Below are positions 17,301 to 20,000 of a stretch of 20,000 nucleotides of DNA, piece by piece. The notes below the pieces were generated by a model. It ran no database searches. It saw only the letters and a list, made by a program, of their open reading frames with translations, and had not been told where the DNA came from. Location: IMG/VR virus record IMGVR_UViG_3300046010_007863. One strand, 5' to 3'. Position numbers and translations under genes: made by a program. The stretch is from an uncultured virus (IMG/VR IMGVR_UViG_3300046010_007863). Its lineage: Duplodnaviria; Heunggongvirae; Uroviricota; Caudoviricetes. Numbering within the stretch: the first letter of the stretch is position 1; each line of letters begins with the position of its first letter.

Positions 17301-18001
17301 ATACACCTGGAACATTTGGTCAACCATCAAGTAGTGGTAGTCTTGCATATTATGGTAGAGGACAAGGGATAGATACTGCAACTGCTTTAGTAGAAAACTT
17401 TGTTGGAGAAAACTATCGTCTTCAAGTAAATGATAATATACTTTCATTCACAGGAAGTGCTTGGTCAACATCATTTGGACTTTACAATTTGGGTGCAACT
17501 GACCTTCAAATAAAACCAGGTTATCTTGTAAAACCGGGTGGAACATATGCATATTGGTTGACAAACCCAAGTTCTGTTAGTGATTACAAGTATTACGTTA
17601 GAAAATTCTCAACATCTGGAACAAAAACATCCATGACTCTGAATCTCGGAGTTAGCCTTGTTCAATGGGATGCAACAACTGCAAATTCAGTTGGTGCTCT
17701 TTTACTTTTTGAATCTTCAAATTCAAATGTATATTCACCGGCAAGATTCTATGACCCAAGTAAACTACTATCAAACTTTGTAGGCAATATATCGGCAAAC
17801 ACCGACGGACAAAATCCATTTGGTTCAACTATAGCATTGTATGGAAACACAGGTGGTTCACTCAGTTCAACCACATACACAATTCCGATACGAAATGCAG
17901 ACGGTATGTTTATAAATTCAACGTATGATGAAGTATATCTGATAGTTAGATATAAGGGAGATCCAACTCCTGTAACTGGTATAACTGTAACATTTAGCTA
18001 A
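14312..18001 (+). CDS. Ser/Thr/Gly-rich fibre-like virion protein (1229 aa)
   Basis: Long ORF with a TTG start (alternative in-frame ATG at 14372). It has three SGS(T/S)xFG(D/N)xxDDxHxFTGS motifs, a Gly-X-Y tract and the shared cap cassette, followed by ~650 aa of beta-rich unrecognised sequence. It ends in tandem TAA TAA. Confidence 0.75.
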   Translation: MSFFDRNLSNLKISESFYRLMQTDPTDDKTLIDGTGSLVTYLAVSGTIDAFYIKGDGSQITGISASLPPGVVSSSAQLGLASTDSPTFSGLTVRGTLTAEQYVISSSVLYVTQSFSSGSTLFGNSVDDTHKFTGSVFIQGPLTVTGGITGSLFGSSSWSTYSITSSIANTASYIDPLFISASVAAQGLAGTSDWNQITNKPANLISGSGQRSILGLGESDSPTFANGNFNGNVVVGGTLTARTYIISSSVVDYQTIQVSGSSKFGDSLDDRHQFTGSLQVTGSTTFSGIDTLTLTGSANISGSTNITGSLSISGSLLINGIPITSGSNGSSGTSGTSGSSGTSGSSGSSGTSGSSGSSGTSGSSGTSGSSGSSGTSGSSGSSGSSGTSGTSGSSGSSGTSGSSGSSGTSGSSGSSGTSGSSGSSGTSGSSGTGFNTISNAADNRIITSDGTSNSANAESNLTFDGSTLTVTGNTVVTGRLTAQEFYTEFVSASIIYESGSTKFGDTLDDIHQFTGSVNITGSLSVNGVSITSGGGITNTGSFATTGSNQFNGNQSISGSLTVSQSINAYNVNAGTPTSNAWQANLQGSYFNNFTSQTDVSEILRFIAGLLSGSAPDASPNTKTFSSVTATAVNTGTAAVTVGRVPLSSSNSTILYLNSKGFAQTGSAIFSGLTIYTQSNYGFHYTSVAGGSTTVSSSVDAQLFGLGSLLSGNPTSFSVSGSYTFRFKDNSAKTDTATSSSQMVVSQSGAGTTNGVTLAKINTVNPAVIPPAYQDGKFVNVMTQSIYNGGISSTNVSASGYYHVSASILIASGSSPYTTPVTANGSEIFYAPLTTISSSVGGNTITFSGVSSGSLTATSRSLSGAPYLSGSTYFISASVNGIFNPLYVASTVASITEDSALVSHTSGVVTSVLSAGTPSTISTANSVFDSTGTTARATSTIPFETDIVKMQGVYTFSPTATDENINQTGLGTTSYTFTITGNNKTGSSTSTTAGMLFHTPGTFGQPSSSGSLAYYGRGQGIDTATALVENFVGENYRLQVNDNILSFTGSAWSTSFGLYNLGATDLQIKPGYLVKPGGTYAYWLTNPSSVSDYKYYVRKFSTSGTKTSMTLNLGVSLVQWDATTANSVGALLLFESSNSNVYSPARFYDPSKLLSNFVGNISANTDGQNPFGSTIALYGNTGGSLSSTTYTIPIRNADGMFINSTYDEVYLIVRYKGDPTPVTGITVTFS
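15287..15610 (+). repeat. Gly-X-Y tract (GTS/GSS), ~108 aa
   Basis: GSNGSSGTSGTSGSSGTSGSSGSSGTS... with Gly at every third residue. Confidence 0.95.
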
Positions 18002-18015
18002 TAAAGAAGAAGGAT

Positions 18016-20000
18016 ATGGCATCAATAGATAACATAGAAAAATCAGGACGGTTGATTCAAGGTAGACGTTATACACACGATACTGTATTGGATTCACAAG
18101 AGGCATTTACATCCACGATAGATATAAACGTTGGTGATGTGTACAGAGATTCTAATCTTATTCCTTCAAGTGGTCTTCCTTTTAGTGGTAGTTCTCAAAG
18201 TGGTTCTATCTATTCGGTAGGAGGACAAGATGTTCTTAGGTATTACTATCGTCATAAACTCACAAAATCAGACCTAAATACAGAAGCTTGGTTTGTACTT
18301 GATCCAACAGGTTCTTCATCTGGAATTGGTTCTCAATTGATTGATGCAAATCAAAAAACCAATTTTATATCACCGAAGTATTCAGTTCCAGCCTTGGCAA
18401 ATGCAAATGCTGAAGATGCAACACCGGGTTATCTTGCGCGTGTTTATGTTTCAACGAGTTCAATTGCACCTTCTGCTTTGGACGCGGTATCTGTAAACAA
18501 TTATTCGTTTGACTACAAAACCGGTGTTCTACAATTTAGTTCATCTGCTGTAGCACCAACGGTATCACAATTTGTTTATATGTCTGTCTACCAATACGTT
18601 GGTAGAACAATGACATCATTTCAAACGGGTTCATTTACTGGATCATTCTCTGGTTCTTTTAGTGGAACCGCAACAAGTGCTTCTTATGCTCTAACCGCAT
18701 CATATGCTTTGAATGCTGGTGCATCAATTGATACGAGTTCCTTTGCAACAACCGGTTCTAATATATTTGATGGAAATCAAATAATAACTGGAAGTGTGAA
18801 TATAACTGGATCTTTATTTATAAATGGATTTGATTTGTCTGTTGGTGGTGGAGCTGGTTCATCGGGAACTTCTGGTCAATCGGGTTCAACAGGTTCATCA
18901 GGTTCAACAGGAAGCTCAGGTACATCTGGTTCAACAGGTTCATCAGGTTCAACAGGTTCAAGTGGAACTTCTGGTTCAACAGGTTCATCAGGTTCAACAG
19001 GAAGCTCAGGTACATCTGGTTCAACAGGTTCATCAGGTTCAACAGGTTCAAGTGGAACTTCTGGTTCAACGGGTTCATCGGGTTCAACAGGAAGTTCAGG
19101 AACATCAGGTGAAACTGGTAGTCCTGGTACATCTGGAACGTCAGGTTCATCTGGTTCAAGTGGAACTGGATTCAATACAATAACAAATGCCTCGGATAAT
19201 AGATTACTTACATCCGATGGTACTTCAAACTCTGCAGTCGCGGAATCAAATCTAACATTTGATGGGAATACTTTAACTGTTACGGGCGATACGATTGTAA
19301 CGGGTAAACTTACTGCACAAGAATTTTATACTGAATTTGTTTCATCGTCCGTCATATTTGAAAGCGGTTCAACAAAGTTCGGTGATACTCTTGATGATAT
19401 ACATCAAATTACAGGAAGTTTAAAAATTACTGGTAGTGTTTCTGTAAAAGACTTGACACTCAACAACCTCTCAAAATTTGTTGTATATGATGATGTATCT
19501 GGAACATTTTATTATAATACAGCTGGTGCAGCTGGTTCATCGGGAACTTCTGGTGTAAGTGGAGCAACAGGTTCATCAGGAACTTCTGGCTCAACAGGAA
19601 GTTCGGGTTCAACAGGTTCATCAGGAACTTCTGGCTCAACAGGAAGTTCGGGTTCAACAGGTTCATCAGGAACTTCTGGCTCAACAGGAAGTTCGGGTTC
19701 AACAGGTTCTTCAGGAACATCAGGTTCAACTGGTTCCTCTGGTTCAACCGGTTCTTCAGGAACATCAGGTTCAACTGGTTCCTCTGGTTCAACCGGTTCT
19801 TCAGGAACATCAGGTTCAACTGGTTCTTCTGGCTCAACGGGTTCTTCAGGAACATCAGGTTCAACCGGTTCTTCTGGCTCAACGGGTTCTTCAGGAACAT
19901 CTGGTTCAACTGGTTCCTCTGGTTCAACTGGATCAAGTGGAACATCAGGACAGACAGGTTCTTCAGGAACATCTGGTTCAAGTGGAACTGGATTCAATAC
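18016..20000 (+). CDS. 3'-truncated fibre-like virion protein, missing from the ORF track because it has no stop in the window
   Basis: ATG at 18016 after a purine-rich leader; frame 1 is open to the end of the window (MASIDNIEKSGRLIQGRRYTHDTVLDSQEAF...FDYKTGVLQF...YQYVGRT...). It contains two Gly-X-Y tracts and the shared cap cassette. Confidence 0.85.
   Translation, partial: MASIDNIEKSGRLIQGRRYTHDTVLDSQEAFTSTIDINVGDVYRDSNLIPSSGLPFSGSSQSGSIYSVGGQDVLRYYYRHKLTKSDLNTEAWFVLDPTGSSSGIGSQLIDANQKTNFISPKYSVPALANANAEDATPGYLARVYVSTSSIAPSALDAVSVNNYSFDYKTGVLQFSSSAVAPTVSQFVYMSVYQYVGRTMTSFQTGSFTGSFSGSFSGTATSASYALTASYALNAGASIDTSSFATTGSNIFDGNQIITGSVNITGSLFINGFDLSVGGGAGSSGTSGQSGSTGSSGSTGSSGTSGSTGSSGSTGSSGTSGSTGSSGSTGSSGTSGSTGSSGSTGSSGTSGSTGSSGSTGSSGTSGETGSPGTSGTSGSSGSSGTGFNTITNASDNRLLTSDGTSNSAVAESNLTFDGNTLTVTGDTIVTGKLTAQEFYTEFVSSSVIFESGSTKFGDTLDDIHQITGSLKITGSVSVKDLTLNNLSKFVVYDDVSGTFYYNTAGAAGSSGTSGVSGATGSSGTSGSTGSSGSTGSSGTSGSTGSSGSTGSSGTSGSTGSSGSTGSSGTSGSTGSSGSTGSSGTSGSTGSSGSTGSSGTSGSTGSSGSTGSSGTSGSTGSSGSTGSSGTSGSTGSSGSTGSSGTSGQTGSSGTSGSSGTGFN
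18850..19170 (+). repeat. Gly-X-Y tract containing an exact 90-nt tandem duplication
   Basis: 18883-18972 is identical to 18973-19062. Confidence 0.92.
19525..19990 (+). repeat. Gly-X-Y tract with 45-nt periodicity
   Basis: Three exact copies of acaggttcatcaggaacttctggctcaacaggaagttcgggttca at 19567-19701, followed by variant 45-nt units. Confidence 0.92.

Noticed and set aside
10232..19419. Repeated cassette as a diversity-generating retroelement TR/VR pair
   Set aside because: All copies are coding and internal, the differences are mostly synonymous and not adenine-specific, and no reverse transcriptase lies in the window.
1..20000. Stop-codon reassignment, as seen in some large phages
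   Set aside because: ORFs of up to 8.5 kb are uninterrupted under the standard code, and TAA, TGA and TAG each end a gene at a sensible domain boundary.

Overview
AT-rich, densely coding window with every credible gene on the + strand. It is most consistent with part of a large tailed dsDNA phage genome using the standard genetic code; the host cannot be determined, with only a weak hint of Bacteroidota from one promoter-like element. Gene order: (1) a 5'-truncated LamG-like virion protein; (2) a T7 endonuclease I-like Holliday junction resolvase; (3) a Toprim DNA primase whose zinc-finger cysteines are mostly lost; (4) a single-chain SbcD/Mre11-SbcC/Rad50 fusion; (5) a 2846-aa mosaic fibre/adhesin with a 7-bladed RCC1 propeller, Pro-free Gly-X-Y Ser/Thr tracts, 26-aa tandem repeats, a long NxAIG beta-solenoid and a non-terminal S74 autocleavage chaperone; (6) a 1229-aa related fibre-like protein; (7) a third related protein starting at 18016 and running off the window, absent from the ORF track. 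Most notable are a hairpin at the replication/structural boundary that contains a repeated ATATTTAT motif and covers the RBS, and a shared 'Gly-X-Y tract + ~86-aa cap' cassette used in three adjacent genes. All calls are from motif reading by eye; no searches or folding programs were run.
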